NCBI GenBank assembly: GCA_963788235.1
Contig: CAWBFV010000004.1
Span: 572,996-636,995 of the forward strand
Origin: an uncultured Chloroflexia bacterium
GTDB taxonomy: Bacteria; Chloroflexota; Limnocylindria; Limnocylindrales; CSP1-4
Direction: 5' to 3'
DNA: 64,000 bases
The position numbers and the translations under genes were made by a program. The notes under the pieces were generated by a model that did no database searches, was not told where the DNA came from, and saw only the letters and a list, made by a program, of their open reading frames with translations. Shown here piece by piece: positions 20,445 through 31,500 of the stretch (position 1 is the stretch's first letter; each line of letters opens with the position of its first letter).

Positions 20445-22001
20445 TTGATCGATCGTCTGCTCTCCGGCGCGGGCGCCGTCAGCCACTACGCCGACCGGAT
20501 CGTGCGTGCCTTCGCGCGCGGCGAGGGCGCCTCGACCCGACGGGTGGGATTGGTGCTGGCCGCGATCCTCGGGATCGGTGGGCTCGGCGGCCTGGCGTTG
20601 GCGGCCGAGAATGCCGGCGACCGGACGCTGCGAGAGCTGACCGCGGCCGACGTCGCGGGTGGTGACCACGGCGATCGGGCATACACGACGATCGCCGGCG
20701 GCCTCGTTTCGGCCTACATCGAGACCTTCCGCGACGACAATGCCGACGGCCAGCAGCAGCCCGACGAGAAGGGCCTGGCCTGGAATTACTTCCTGATCGA
20801 TCCGGCGACACGGACCGGGGTGACCGTGCAATCCGACCGATCACCGACCGAGGTCTATACCCTCACGGCGCGCGGCGTGGTGGTCGACGACGCCACCTAC
20901 GTCGCGGAGGACGCCGAGCAGTTCAAGCCATGGCTCGACGACGTCGGCGCCACGCTGGAACCCTCGCGCTACGTCGACACGACGAAGACGGGTTCGTTCG
21001 CCGCGACATCGCTGGCGGACGGGCTGCCGGCGGGCGGCAAGGCGGTCGAGATCAGCGGCTCGAGATCGATCGATTACCTCACGGTCTGCTCCAGCGACCC
21101 GGACAACGACGGGGTCTGCTCGGAGGACGAGGTCGACCTGTGGGACGTGCTGGTCTACGACCCGGTCAGCAAGAACGCCGTGACGGTCCTGACCTCCGTA
21201 TCGCCGGAGTTCTCGCCGGTCTCGTTCACGGGCCTGCTCCGCCGCTCGCCGGCGCGGGTCACGGAAGCGCAGCACATGGACAACGACGCGTTCCAGCTGG
21301 GCGATCTGGGTGTCACCGTCTCGCCCGACTACCTGCTCGACGACGGCGACCGCCCGACCGATCCGATCGCCTTGCTCATCCCATCGATCGTCGCGATCCT
21401 CGTGGCGGCCGTGATCGTGATCGGTTCCGTCAGCGGTCTCGTGCGGTTCCGGCCTGGCGGTGGCTGGCCATCCCGGGTATCGACGTTCGCCCCCGGCGAG
21501 CGGATGCCCGTCCGTGTCACCGGCGCCCTGCGCACACCTGCCGGCCTGACCCAGGTCCGGGAGGTCGACGCCGACCTGGTTCGGTACGTCTTGTCGCCGC
21601 CGACGCCGCCACCCGCGGAAGCCACGAACGAACCGACCGCTCCGACGGCCGATGCCGCGGCCCCGCCGCTCGACGCCCCGGTGGTTCCCGCCGCGGAGCC
21701 CGTGCCGACGCCGATCGTGGAGCCCGCGCCGTCGCCGGCCGACCCGCCGATCGCTCCGCCGCCCGACCCGACGAACGCCCCGCCGACCACGCTGATCCTC
21801 GAACGTCGCGGGCGACCGCACGGTGTCGCGGTGGGACGCGGTGAGCTGACCGCGATCGCGCCAGGTACCGTCAGCCCGTTGCGTGGCACGCGCCCGGCCC
21901 TTCGCCTGAGCGCCGGGACCGGCACGCTCCTGGTGTCGTTCGATACGACGGCGAACCGGGACCGCGCGGCGTCGGAGCTGGCCGCCGAGGCCGAGATCTG
22001 A
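20445..22001 (+). CDS. Hypothetical two-TM membrane protein with a duplicated extracytoplasmic domain and Pro-rich linker
   Basis: TTG start with SD GGAGGG; TMs at about aa 35-55 and 310-330; two ~125-aa repeats with DxNxDG/DxDNDG loops. Confidence 0.75.
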   Translation: MIDRLLSGAGAVSHYADRIVRAFARGEGASTRRVGLVLAAILGIGGLGGLALAAENAGDRTLRELTAADVAGGDHGDRAYTTIAGGLVSAYIETFRDDNADGQQQPDEKGLAWNYFLIDPATRTGVTVQSDRSPTEVYTLTARGVVVDDATYVAEDAEQFKPWLDDVGATLEPSRYVDTTKTGSFAATSLADGLPAGGKAVEISGSRSIDYLTVCSSDPDNDGVCSEDEVDLWDVLVYDPVSKNAVTVLTSVSPEFSPVSFTGLLRRSPARVTEAQHMDNDAFQLGDLGVTVSPDYLLDDGDRPTDPIALLIPSIVAILVAAVIVIGSVSGLVRFRPGGGWPSRVSTFAPGERMPVRVTGALRTPAGLTQVREVDADLVRYVLSPPTPPPAEATNEPTAPTADAAAPPLDAPVVPAAEPVPTPIVEPAPSPADPPIAPPPDPTNAPPTTLILERRGRPHGVAVGRGELTAIAPGTVSPLRGTRPALRLSAGTGTLLVSFDTTANRDRAASELAAEAEI

Positions 22002-22012
22002 GGAGGTAGCTG

Positions 22013-22345
22013 ATGGACGCCTGGGAGTTGGCCGACCTCGAGGCGGCCCGGGTCGGCTCGGGCAAGCTGTACCACGAGTTCTTCTCGGTCCCGGACCTGT
22101 CCGGTGGTCTGTATGTCCTCGAGGCGGGTGCGACGGATCCACAGTCGCCCCACGCCGAGGACGAGCTCTACGTCGTGATGTCGGGCAAGGCCAAGGTCGT
22201 GGTCGACGGCGAGGTCTGCCCGATCGTCGAGGGGTCCGTGGTCTTCGTGGCCGCGCATGCCGAGCACCGGTTCGTCGACATCGAGGAACGGCTGGTCCTG
22301 CTGGTCGTCTTCGGCCCCGCCGAATATTCGCGAGGCGGGTCCTGA
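22013..22345 (+). CDS. Cupin domain protein
   Basis: DPQSPHAEDELYVVMSG...VFVAAHAEHRF; SD AGGAGG. Confidence 0.9.
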   Translation: MDAWELADLEAARVGSGKLYHEFFSVPDLSGGLYVLEAGATDPQSPHAEDELYVVMSGKAKVVVDGEVCPIVEGSVVFVAAHAEHRFVDIEERLVLLVVFGPAEYSRGGS

Positions 22346-22352
22346 TCTCCGC

Positions 22353-23081
22353 CTAGGGCGCGCGATCGAGCGCCAGCAGCATTTCGGCGAGCTCGGGTCC
22401 GCGCCCGGTCTCGTCATGGCGAAAAAAGACGTACGCGTCGTCGCCGGCCGCCAGGAACGGCTCGAGCCGATCGCGCCACGCCCGGAGCTCAACGTCCGTG
22501 TAGTCGTGCCGCCGAAGTCGCAGGTACAGGAACGGCCCGGTCCGCCGCAGCGTCGGCGGATCGGGATCGTCGGGGCCCTCAGTCGCGCACAGGACCGCGC
22601 TGGCGTCACGAAGCAACGCGACCGTCTCGTCGGCCGCCCAGCTCGGGTCGTTGGCCTCCACGGTCAGCGGGAGGTCGCGCGGCCACGCGGCGAGCATCGC
22701 CGCGAGCCGATCGTCGTCCCGACGCATCGTGTCCGGCACGCGGAACAGCACCGTGCCAAGCCGATCACCGAACCGCCGATACGGATCCGTCAGCCAGGGC
22801 AGGCCGGCGTCCGGTGCTCCGCCCATGGCCCGCCACGATCCGCCGCGCTGCGCCTTGACGCTGAACCGGAAGCCCGGCGGCGTCGCGGCCAGCCAGGCCG
22901 CGACCTTGGGTTCCTTGGGCGACTGGTAGAACGTGTTGTTCAGCTCGACCGCCGGGAGGCGCGTGGCGTAGTGCGCCAGCAGGGCGTCGCCACGCAACCC
23001 TTTCGGGTAGAAGCGCGGGCTCCAGTCCGGGTAGGCGAACCCGCTGGTGCCGACAAACAGTCGACCGCGGCTCGAGGCCAC
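22353..23081 (-). CDS. DUF72 (YecE) family protein
   Basis: VGTSGFAYPDW...FYP, VELNNTFY, FRFSVKA, YLRLR, YVFFRHD. Confidence 0.9.
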   Translation of the reverse strand: MASSRGRLFVGTSGFAYPDWSPRFYPKGLRGDALLAHYATRLPAVELNNTFYQSPKEPKVAAWLAATPPGFRFSVKAQRGGSWRAMGGAPDAGLPWLTDPYRRFGDRLGTVLFRVPDTMRRDDDRLAAMLAAWPRDLPLTVEANDPSWAADETVALLRDASAVLCATEGPDDPDPPTLRRTGPFLYLRLRRHDYTDVELRAWRDRLEPFLAAGDDAYVFFRHDETGRGPELAEMLLALDRAP

Positions 23082-23088
23082 CGCCGCG

Positions 23089-23589
23089 TCAGTCGGTCGC
23101 GTCCGGCGGACCGCCCGGGCAGGCGCGGTCGGCGACGGCCTGCATCGATCGCTCGATCGTCGCAAGGTCGACGTCCTCGACGGCGCCGAGGAAGTGCTGG
23201 GCGACGCCGCGCAGGTGGGTGCGCGAGGCGCGGCGCAATCGATCGAGACCCGCCGGGGTCAGCACCGCCTCAGCGCCCCGCGCGTCCGTGCGGCACGCGT
23301 CGCGCTCCACCAGCCCGTCGAGCACGAGCCGGTCGATCAGCCGCGTCACGCCGCTCTTGCTGAGGATCACGCGATCGGCCAGCTGGCGCATCCGGATCCG
23401 CCGGCCGGGCGCGTCCGCGATGGTCAGCAGCGCGTCGTACTCCGCGAGCGAGAGGTCGTGCTCGAGCCGCAGCTCCTCGTCGAGTCGGCGGGTGATCCGT
23501 GCGTGGGCGGTCAGGAACGCGCGCCACGGTTCGAGGCGCGGGTCGCGTGGCGATAGGGACCGGGTCTCGGCCCGTTCGGTGACGGTCAT
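23089..23589 (-). CDS. MarR-family transcriptional regulator
   Basis: LSLAEYDALL...RMRQLADRVILSKSGVTRLIDRLVLDGLVER...DARG...LTPAG. Confidence 0.93.
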   Translation of the reverse strand: MTVTERAETRSLSPRDPRLEPWRAFLTAHARITRRLDEELRLEHDLSLAEYDALLTIADAPGRRIRMRQLADRVILSKSGVTRLIDRLVLDGLVERDACRTDARGAEAVLTPAGLDRLRRASRTHLRGVAQHFLGAVEDVDLATIERSMQAVADRACPGGPPDATD

Positions 23590-23680
23590 CGCGCCCGATG
23601 CTACACCCGGACCGGCCCGCCGACGTGATTGCGCCCGCAACGACCAGCGCTCGCGTACGACACCCTGCCATCATCGGTCG

Positions 23681-24808
23681 ATGGCATCCAGCGCCGGCCG
23701 TGCCGCGTTCGACGTCGTCGTCATCGGCGGCGGGATCGTCGGCGTGTCGGCCGCCGCCCATCTCGCCAGCGGGGGCCGGCGCGTCGCGCTGGTGGAGCGG
23801 CACGGCATCGCCGCCGGGGCATCGGGACGCAATTCCGGTGTCGTCCAGCACCCCTTCGATCGCGTCCTGGTCGACCTCCACCTGGAAAGCCTCGACCTCT
23901 ACCGGGCGCTCGACGGCTTCGCGATGCCCGATGCGCCGGCGGGGCTCCTGAGCGTGACCCACGACGTCGACGGCGTCCGGCGGCTGGCTGACGCCCTCGT
24001 CGTCTCGCACCCCGACCTTCGACCGACGTTCCTGTCGCCCGACGCGGTCCAGCGTCTCGAACCGGGCATCGCGCCCGGCGTCGCCGCGTGCCGGCTCCAT
24101 ATCGGGTATCCGGTCGCGCCGGCCGCCGCGACGACCGCGTACGCCGAATGGGCCGCGCGGCTCGGCGTCGTCGTCCGGCTCGGGAGCGCGGCGACCGTGT
24201 GGCGAGCGGGTGGGCGTGCCGCCGGGGTCGCGCTGGCCGACGGCGAGCGGATCGCGGCTGCTGACGTCGTGGTCGCCGCCGGTCCATGGACGTCAGAGGT
24301 GGTGGACCCGACCGGTTCCTGGCGACCGATCCGCTCGATCTGGGGTGTCGTCGTCGCCGTCGCCCTCGCGGACCCGCCGCGGCATGTCCTGGAAGAAGCC
24401 GAAATCTCGATCGAGCCGGGCGTCGACGCCGACGACGCGGGCATCTCGTTCAGCCTGATCACCGCAGACGGAGCGAGCTCGCTCGGCTCGACCTTCCTCG
24501 CCGACGAGCCGGACGTGGCTGGGACGGTGCCACGGATCGTCCAGCACGGCTCGACGTTCGTGCCGGCCGTCGCTACCTCGCCGCTGGGGGAGCCGCGCCG
24601 CTGCGCTCGTCCGCTGAGCCTCGACGGGCGGCCGCTGATCGGTCGGATACCCGGGATCGACGGGCTGTGGGTCGCCGCGGGCCACGGACCGTGGGGCATC
24701 TCGACCGGCCCGGCGTCGGGCCGGCTGGTCGCGGATCTCGTCGAGGGCCGGATCGCCGCGCCACCGAGCGCCCTCGATCCTGCCCGGTTCGGGGTTCCGC
24801 GGGCCTAG
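23681..24808 (+). CDS. FAD-dependent oxidoreductase (DAO/glycine oxidase family)
   Basis: VVVIGGGIVG, GASGRNSG, VVAAGPW, RPLSLDGRPLIG, AAGHGPWGISTGPASG. Confidence 0.9.
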   Translation: MASSAGRAAFDVVVIGGGIVGVSAAAHLASGGRRVALVERHGIAAGASGRNSGVVQHPFDRVLVDLHLESLDLYRALDGFAMPDAPAGLLSVTHDVDGVRRLADALVVSHPDLRPTFLSPDAVQRLEPGIAPGVAACRLHIGYPVAPAAATTAYAEWAARLGVVVRLGSAATVWRAGGRAAGVALADGERIAAADVVVAAGPWTSEVVDPTGSWRPIRSIWGVVVAVALADPPRHVLEEAEISIEPGVDADDAGISFSLITADGASSLGSTFLADEPDVAGTVPRIVQHGSTFVPAVATSPLGEPRRCARPLSLDGRPLIGRIPGIDGLWVAAGHGPWGISTGPASGRLVADLVEGRIAAPPSALDPARFGVPRA

Positions 24809-25056
24809 CGGCGCCAGCTCTCCGGATCGAACAGGTAGAACGTGAGCTGGCCGAACGACTCGCGGATCCAGAAGACCTGCTCCCAGACACGCTCGCTGAT
24901 CGAGGGACCATCGGGTCGATCGATGATGGACGGCGCGTCGGTCGGCAGCCCGCGATCGGAGGGGGGCGAGTCACGATCGAGGTCGCGGTCCAGATCCCGC
25001 AACGTCAGCTGCGGGTCGACGCGTCCGATCCGTGCGATGACGGCGTAGGCGGCCAT
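24805..25056 (-). CDS. Small hypothetical protein (83 aa)
   Basis: MAAYAVIARIGRVDPQLTLRD...ESFGQLTFYLFDPESWRR; fills the gap exactly; TACGCT -10-like element upstream. Confidence 0.55.
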   Translation of the reverse strand: MAAYAVIARIGRVDPQLTLRDLDRDLDRDSPPSDRGLPTDAPSIIDRPDGPSISERVWEQVFWIRESFGQLTFYLFDPESWRR

Positions 25057-25104
25057 GGCCCGGTCAGCGTACTCCGCGCGAAGCACGGCGGCTATCCTGC
25101 CCGA

Positions 25105-25971
25105 GTGACCATGACCGCCCGCACCTATGGCGCGCAGAGCATGACCGCGGAGCTGCGCGACGTCCTCGTCCAGCCGCCCGGCGAGGCATTCGGGCGAGCG
25201 TTCGACGATCCCGCGCACGGCTTCCTGCACGCCGTCGACCTCGACGAGGCCCGCCGACAGCACGCCGCGTTCGTCGACGTGCTCGCGTCGCTGGGCCCGA
25301 CGGTGCACGTGCTCGGCCAGGACACCGACGATCCGGATCTCGTGTACCCCTTCGACCCGCTGCTGGTCACCGATCGTGGCGCGATCCCGCTCCGGCCTGG
25401 CAAGCCGAACCGGCAGCGCGAGCCCGCCGTCCTCGAGGCGTGGACCATGGCCGCCGGCATCCCGACGCTCGGACGCATCGAGCCGCCCGGGACGATCGAG
25501 GGTGGCGACACGTTCTGGCTGGCCCCGGACCTGCTGTGCATCGGTCGGACGCTGCGGACGAACGCGAGCGGGGTCGACCAGCTGGCGAGGATGGTCGGTG
25601 GCGATGTGCGCGTGTTCGACGTGCCGTACTGGAAGGGTCCCGACGAGCTGGTGCACCTTTTGAGCGTCGTCTCACCGGTGGCACGCGACCTCGCGGTGGT
25701 CTACCTGCCGCTATTGCCGGTCGGTCTCTGGGAGCTCCTGCGCGACCTGGACATCCGTCTCATCCCCGTTCCCGACGAGGAGTACCCGACGCTCGCGTGC
25801 AACGTGCTGGCGGTGCGACCCGGCGTCGTGATCATGGCCGAGGGCAATCCCGCGACGGCCGCGGCGCTCGCGGCGGCTGGCTGTGAGGTCCACACCTATC
25901 CCGCGTCGGAGATCGGGATCAACGGTTCGGGCGGTCCCACCTGCATGACGCGTCCCATCCTTCGTGGGTGA
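25105..25971 (+). CDS. Amidinotransferase/pentein-family hydrolase (arginine deiminase/DDAH-like)
   Basis: LRDVLV, ARRQHAAFVDVL, PDLVYPFD, IEGGD, IGRTLRTN, VHLLS, CNVLAV and C-terminal GSGGPTCMT (catalytic Cys). Confidence 0.88.
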   Translation: MTMTARTYGAQSMTAELRDVLVQPPGEAFGRAFDDPAHGFLHAVDLDEARRQHAAFVDVLASLGPTVHVLGQDTDDPDLVYPFDPLLVTDRGAIPLRPGKPNRQREPAVLEAWTMAAGIPTLGRIEPPGTIEGGDTFWLAPDLLCIGRTLRTNASGVDQLARMVGGDVRVFDVPYWKGPDELVHLLSVVSPVARDLAVVYLPLLPVGLWELLRDLDIRLIPVPDEEYPTLACNVLAVRPGVVIMAEGNPATAAALAAAGCEVHTYPASEIGINGSGGPTCMTRPILRG

Positions 25972-27203
25972 GATCGACCGCGACCGGCTGATCGACGACC
26001 TACGGACGCTCGTCCGGATCCCGAGCGTCACCGGTTCGGAGGAGATCGTCGCGGACTGGGCGGCCGGTGCCCTCCACGACCTGCACCTGACCGTCGAGGT
26101 CGTGCGGCCGGACCTCGACGCGATCCGGGCCGATCCCGCGTGGCCGGGCGAGGAGATGCCGCGCACATCGCTGCCGGTGGTCGTCGGTCGGGTGGGCCGG
26201 CCGGGCGGAAAGCGCCTCATCCTGTCCGGCCATCTCGATGTGGTCCCGCCCGGGGAGCCGGCCACCTGGTCCGACGATCCGTGGTCGGGCGCGATCGTCG
26301 ACGAGGCGGCTGTACGGCCGGGGGGCGTGCGACATGAAGGGCGGCGTCGCCTCGATCCTCGCTGCGGTCCGCGCCCTCGGCGCGTCGGGCGACCTGCACC
26401 GCCTCGACGGCGAGCTGATGGTCGTGCTCGTGCCGTCCGAGGAGGACGGCGGTCAGGGGACGCTCGCCGCCATCCGGTCCGAGTGCCGAGCCGACATGGC
26501 GATCATCACGGAGCCCTCGAACCTCGATGTCGTCGTCGCCCACGCGGGCGCCATCACGTTCAAGCTGACCGTTCCGGGCCGGGCGGCGCATGCCTCCCAG
26601 CGGCGGGAAGGGGTCTCGGCCCTCGACAAGCTGTTCGTGCTGAGCCGGGCGCTCGAGGAGGACGAGGCGCGCCGCAACGCCGCCGAGACCGATCCGTTGA
26701 TGACCGCGCTGGGGCTGCCGTACCCGACCATCATCGGGATCGTCGAGGGTGGCGAGTGGGCCTCGACCGTCCTCGATCGCGTCGTCGCGTACGGCCGCTA
26801 CGGGGTGCGGCTCGGGCAGTCGCCGGCCGACGCAGAACGGGAGCTGCGCGAGGCGATCGACGCCGCCTGTGCCGCCGATCCGTTCCTCCGCGAGCACCCG
26901 GCGGCGGTCGAGATCACCGGTGGCCGGTTCGGGTCTGCTCGCGTCCCGTCCGACCATCCGCTGCCGACCGGTCTGGCTGACGTGGCCGAGGCGATCCTGG
27001 GACGTCGCCCGACGCTCCTCGGCGAGCCCTATGGCGCCGACATGCAGATGTTCGTGAACCACGGCGACACGCCGTGCGTGATCTTCGGCCCGGGCGATGT
27101 CCGCGTCGCCCACGCCGCGAACGAGTTCGTGCCGCTGGATGAGGTCGAGGCGTGCGCGCGAGTGCTGCAGGCGTGGGTCCTTCGGGAGATCGGCGGGTCC
27201 TGA
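25964..27203 (+). CDS. M20 family ArgE/DapE-like deacylase; frameshift near 26305
   Basis: LVRIPSVTG, LILSGHLDVVPPG, LYGRGACDMKGG, SEEDGGQG, IITEPS, GRAAHA, YGADM, FGPGD...AHAANE. Confidence 0.9.
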
Positions 27204-27219
27204 CGCCGAACGGCGCGTG

Positions 27220-28479
27220 TTACGCCGTGACGGTCGACCTGCGGGCAATGACGAGCAAGGTAGGCCCGACCACCAGCGCCGCGCCGAGCAGTCCGAGGAT
27301 CGCGTACCCGGCATACGCCAGCACGATCCCGGAACCGAGGCTGGCGACCGCCGCGGAGCTCCAGATCAGCCCGTCGGTGAGGCCCTGGACGCGGGTCCGC
27401 TCGGCGAGGGACAGGCCGGTCGTCAGCAGCGCCGAGCCCGCCACGTAACCCAGGTTCCAGCCGAACCCGAGCAGGAACAGCGCGACGAACAGCAGCGCGC
27501 CGCCGTCCGGCGGAGCGACCGCCGCGAGGATCGACGCAATCGCCACTGTCTGGAGGCCGGCCAGGATCACCGGCACGCTGCCGTATCGGTCGGTCAGGCG
27601 TCCGGAGATCGGCGACAGGCCGAACATCCCGAAGGTGTGGCCGCTGATCACGATGCCGACCGCGGTGAGGTCGTGGCCGTGACCCGCCATGTGCAGCGGT
27701 GTCATGGTCATGATCAGCACCATCACGAACTGCCCCGCGACCAGCGCGACGATCGCCACGGGGACGTTCGGTCGCGCGAGCACGCTCGCGACGGACACCG
27801 CCGTCGAGGCGTTGCCCGCGCCATCCACGTCGTGGCGCGATGAGGCGTCGGCGAGCTCGTACGGGTCGGGTCGAAGGAGCGCGAACGACAGGAGCGCCGC
27901 CGCCCCGACGAACACGATCGGGACGAGGTACGCGCCGCTGAGCTCTGGCAACCCGAGCGCCAGCGCCACCTTGCCGGCCGGCGCGACGAGGTTCGGACCC
28001 ACGACCGCGCCGACCGTTGCGCCCCAGACGACGATCCCGATCGCCGATGCCCGCCGGTCGGGTGGCGCGAGGTCGGCGGCCGTGTACCGCGAGAGCTGGT
28101 TCGACGCATTCCCGAAACCGATCAGCACCGTGCCGATCAGCAGCAGGGGCAACGACGATCCGATGATCGCGATGGTCGCCAGCACCGCACCGATCACGCT
28201 CACCACGTAGCCAAGCGCGAGACCGAACCGGCGTCCCCGACGGACCATCACCGCCGAGAGGCCCACCGCTCCGGCGGCGGCGCCGAGGACGACCGTCGCC
28301 CCGGGTGCCCCGCTCCACGCCGTCATGCCCCCGGCGAGCTGGGTCGCGACGATCGTGGCGACCGTGACGGCCGCGATGTGCCCGGTGCTGCCGAGGGCGA
28401 CCCCCGCGACGAGCGTCGCGACCGTCCGGCGCCGGAGTCGATCCAGCTCGGCGGGTCGCGTCGCTCGAATCTGTGCCAT
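27220..28479 (-). CDS. MFS transporter
   Basis: About 12 TM segments; RYTAADLA, MVLIMTMTPLHM, SGRLTDRYG, LGFGWN. Confidence 0.9.
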   Translation of the reverse strand: MAQIRATRPAELDRLRRRTVATLVAGVALGSTGHIAAVTVATIVATQLAGGMTAWSGAPGATVVLGAAAGAVGLSAVMVRRGRRFGLALGYVVSVIGAVLATIAIIGSSLPLLLIGTVLIGFGNASNQLSRYTAADLAPPDRRASAIGIVVWGATVGAVVGPNLVAPAGKVALALGLPELSGAYLVPIVFVGAAALLSFALLRPDPYELADASSRHDVDGAGNASTAVSVASVLARPNVPVAIVALVAGQFVMVLIMTMTPLHMAGHGHDLTAVGIVISGHTFGMFGLSPISGRLTDRYGSVPVILAGLQTVAIASILAAVAPPDGGALLFVALFLLGFGWNLGYVAGSALLTTGLSLAERTRVQGLTDGLIWSSAAVASLGSGIVLAYAGYAILGLLGAALVVGPTLLVIARRSTVTA

Positions 28480-28505
28480 GAGGGCCGATGGTAGGGGAGT
28501 GCGCG

Positions 28506-31500
28506 TCAGACGAGGTCGAGCGTCAGGATCTCGAAGTCGGCTCGCGCTCGCGGCTCATCGTCGACGCGTTCTTCGGCGTCGGTCGCCTCCGCAAGCTCGA
28601 TGAACCTGCAGAAGGCGTTCGCCAGGCGCATCTGCTCCGGCGTCTTCGCCTGGACCCGCAAGAGGTCGGGCGAGAGGACAACGAGCGCGACGCCCCGTGC
28701 CCGAGACGTCGCGACGTTGAGTCGGTGCCGGCTGTACAGGAAGTCCATTCCGCGCGGCGCGAGCTCGGGCGACGAGGTCGTCAGCGAGTAGATGCTGATC
28801 GGTGCCTCCTGGCCCTGAAACTTGTCGACCGTCCCGACGCGAGCTTCGGTGGGAAGCAGGCGTCGGATCGCGGCGACCTGCGCGTTGTACGGCGCCACGA
28901 CGAGGACATCGTCGAGGGTCAGCGGGCGAGTGATGCCCGACTCGTCGGTCCACGTGGTCCCGCTCTCGACCAGACCCAGGACGAGCGATGCCACAGCGGC
29001 CGCCTCGTCGGGATTCTCATTGTCCGCCCCGGTCGACGGGAGGGCCATCATCCGCGGACCGGCCCCGTCGCCGATCAACGCCGCAGATCCGCGGATCGCC
29101 TGGTCGACGAGGTGGGCTTCCGGTTGCAGCCGGCCGTCATAGAACACCTCGGATGTGTAGTCGCACAGGTCGGGGTGGAGCCGCCACGTGGTCGGGAGGA
29201 ACAGTCCTCGCTCCGTCGGCATCGTGGCGAGGTCACCCAGGACGTGTGCGAGTGCCGATCGTTCGGCGCCGGGCGGATGCGTGCCCTGGAGGGGCTGGTC
29301 GAGCTGCTGTGGATCGCCCAGCAGGACGATGCTCGAGGCTGCTCCCGACATCGCGACGACGTTGGCCAGGGAGATCTGACCGGCCTCGTCGACGAACAGC
29401 ACGTCGACGGCGTCGCGTTGTCGTTCACCGACGAACACCCAGCCGGTGCCCGCGACGAGGTTGGCGCCGGCCGCCAACCCACTGGCGACCTCGCTCGTCT
29501 CGACCTGGCGGACGCGAGGGTCATGGATGAGGTGTTCGGCGTCCGTCCGCTGGAGGGCGATGACCGCCGTCCCATCCCTGTCAGCCGCTTTCAGGATCGC
29601 CCGCAGGATGTTGGCGATGACTTTGTGGCTCGTCCCCGTGATGCCGACGCGCTTGCCGGCCTCGAGCAGCGCACAGACCATCCTCGCCCCAGTGTGTGTC
29701 TTGCCGGATCCCGGCGGACCCTGGATCGCGAGCACGGTCCGGTCGAGCGCGAGGGCCATGCGACGCGCCCCATCGAGCGACGTTTCCCCCTCGCGAAGGA
29801 GCGCAGTCCCGTCAGCCTGCCCGGCGCGCGGGAGCCGGCCGAGCAACAGGTCGCGCGCAGCCCGCCACGGACCCGAAGCGTCGATCCCGTGCTCCGCGAC
29901 CCATTCGCCGAGCTCAAGGAGTCGAGCCTTGTGGTCGTTGGCCGGGAATTGGTCCAACGGCACGATCGAGCGTGGGTGACGCGCACCGGTCCGGAGCTTG
30001 ATGTCGACGGTCTGGCTCACCGGATCGAGCGAGATCAGCTCGCCGATCGCCCATGCGCCTGGCTTGGCGCCGATGTCGGCCGCCTTCAGGTCGGGGTCGT
30101 GGAGCGTGCCGCCCTTGATGTCGACCTCCTGGTCGGGGTATCGGTAGCGCCATGTCCGGACCCCACGCGCGGTCTCCGCGAGCAGCTCGACCGGTTCCAG
30201 CAGACCGATCGCGCCGTCCTCGTCCACCAACTGGTCGGCGGTCAGGTCCATCAGCCGATGGAATTCCCACCACATGGCCTTGTCTTCGCGCCGATGCCAG
30301 CCCAGCAGCTGGGCCAGGAGCCATGTCGCATGTTGCTCGGGGCTGCGCTCCCGCGGATCGACGGGGATCCTCGCCGGGTCGGCCAGGCGGTCGACGAGGG
30401 CCTGGACACGCAGCTGGGCGTCGCTCAGCTGGGCGATCGCCTCGGCGTCGCGGGGGCTCGGCCGCGGCACGGCTTTGCCGATCGCCGCTGCGAGCTCGTC
30501 GCGGAGCAGCTCAAGCCAGTCGCGTAACCGCTGGTTCGAGATGACGTCGTCCTGGTTGTAGCCCTCGATGCCGTCGAGGATGTCGGAATCGGGCCGCTCG
30601 CCCTCCCCGAGCTGGAGCCACGTCTCGAACGCGACGATGCTCGAGCCGGCGTCACGCAGGTTGATCTCGCGCGTGAATCCGTAGAACACCTCCATCCGCT
30701 TGATCGAGTAGCTCTCGACGGATGCGCGCAGACCTTGGCGCACCGCGCGCAGCAGGTCGACGAGGACCCCCTTGCGGAGCATGTCGTCGACCTCGTCCTC
30801 GCGGGTCCCGTAGCGACCCATCAGCCGCTTCAGGGCGGTCGGCTCGTACGGCGCGTAGTGATAGATGTGGAGGTTCGGGTCGAGAGCACGCCGTTCTGCG
30901 AAGAAGTCCATCAGCCGTTCGAACGCATGACGTTCGGCATCGAGGGTGAACTCACCCTGCTCGTCGCGCGACCAGAACGCGTGGAACGTACCGTCGAGCT
31001 CCAGCACGCCGAACAGGTAGTCGAGGCCGTCCTCGAGGGCGTATGGGTCGCCCTCGATATCGAAGAAAAGATCCCCGGCCGACGGTACCGGCAGCGACGC
31101 GAGGCCACGTTCGGGCTCGAGCGACGTGCCCGGCGCCGGGAGGATCAGCTCGTAGCGATTCGTGCCCGACCGCCGGCCCTCGAGCTGGAGCCGCGCCTGC
31201 TCCCGGACCCGTTCCAGCGCGTGCGCGCTCGTCCCTTCAAGGGCGGGCTGCATCGGCAGCTGGAGATCGCCCAGTGTCTCGAGGGTCGCGATTCCTCGCT
31301 CGATCAATGCCCGGCGCTGGCGCGCCGAGATGCCGGCGACGAGACTCAGATGATCGTCATCGCGCCGACGTTGAACGCATTCCGCGGCCCAGCGGCAAAC
31401 ATTGCAGTGGTCGACGGGATCGGGATAGGTCGCCTCGGGTGGGTACGCGGGCGGATTCGGGTCGGTCACGGTCGCCAGGAACCGATCCCGGACGCTGCGG

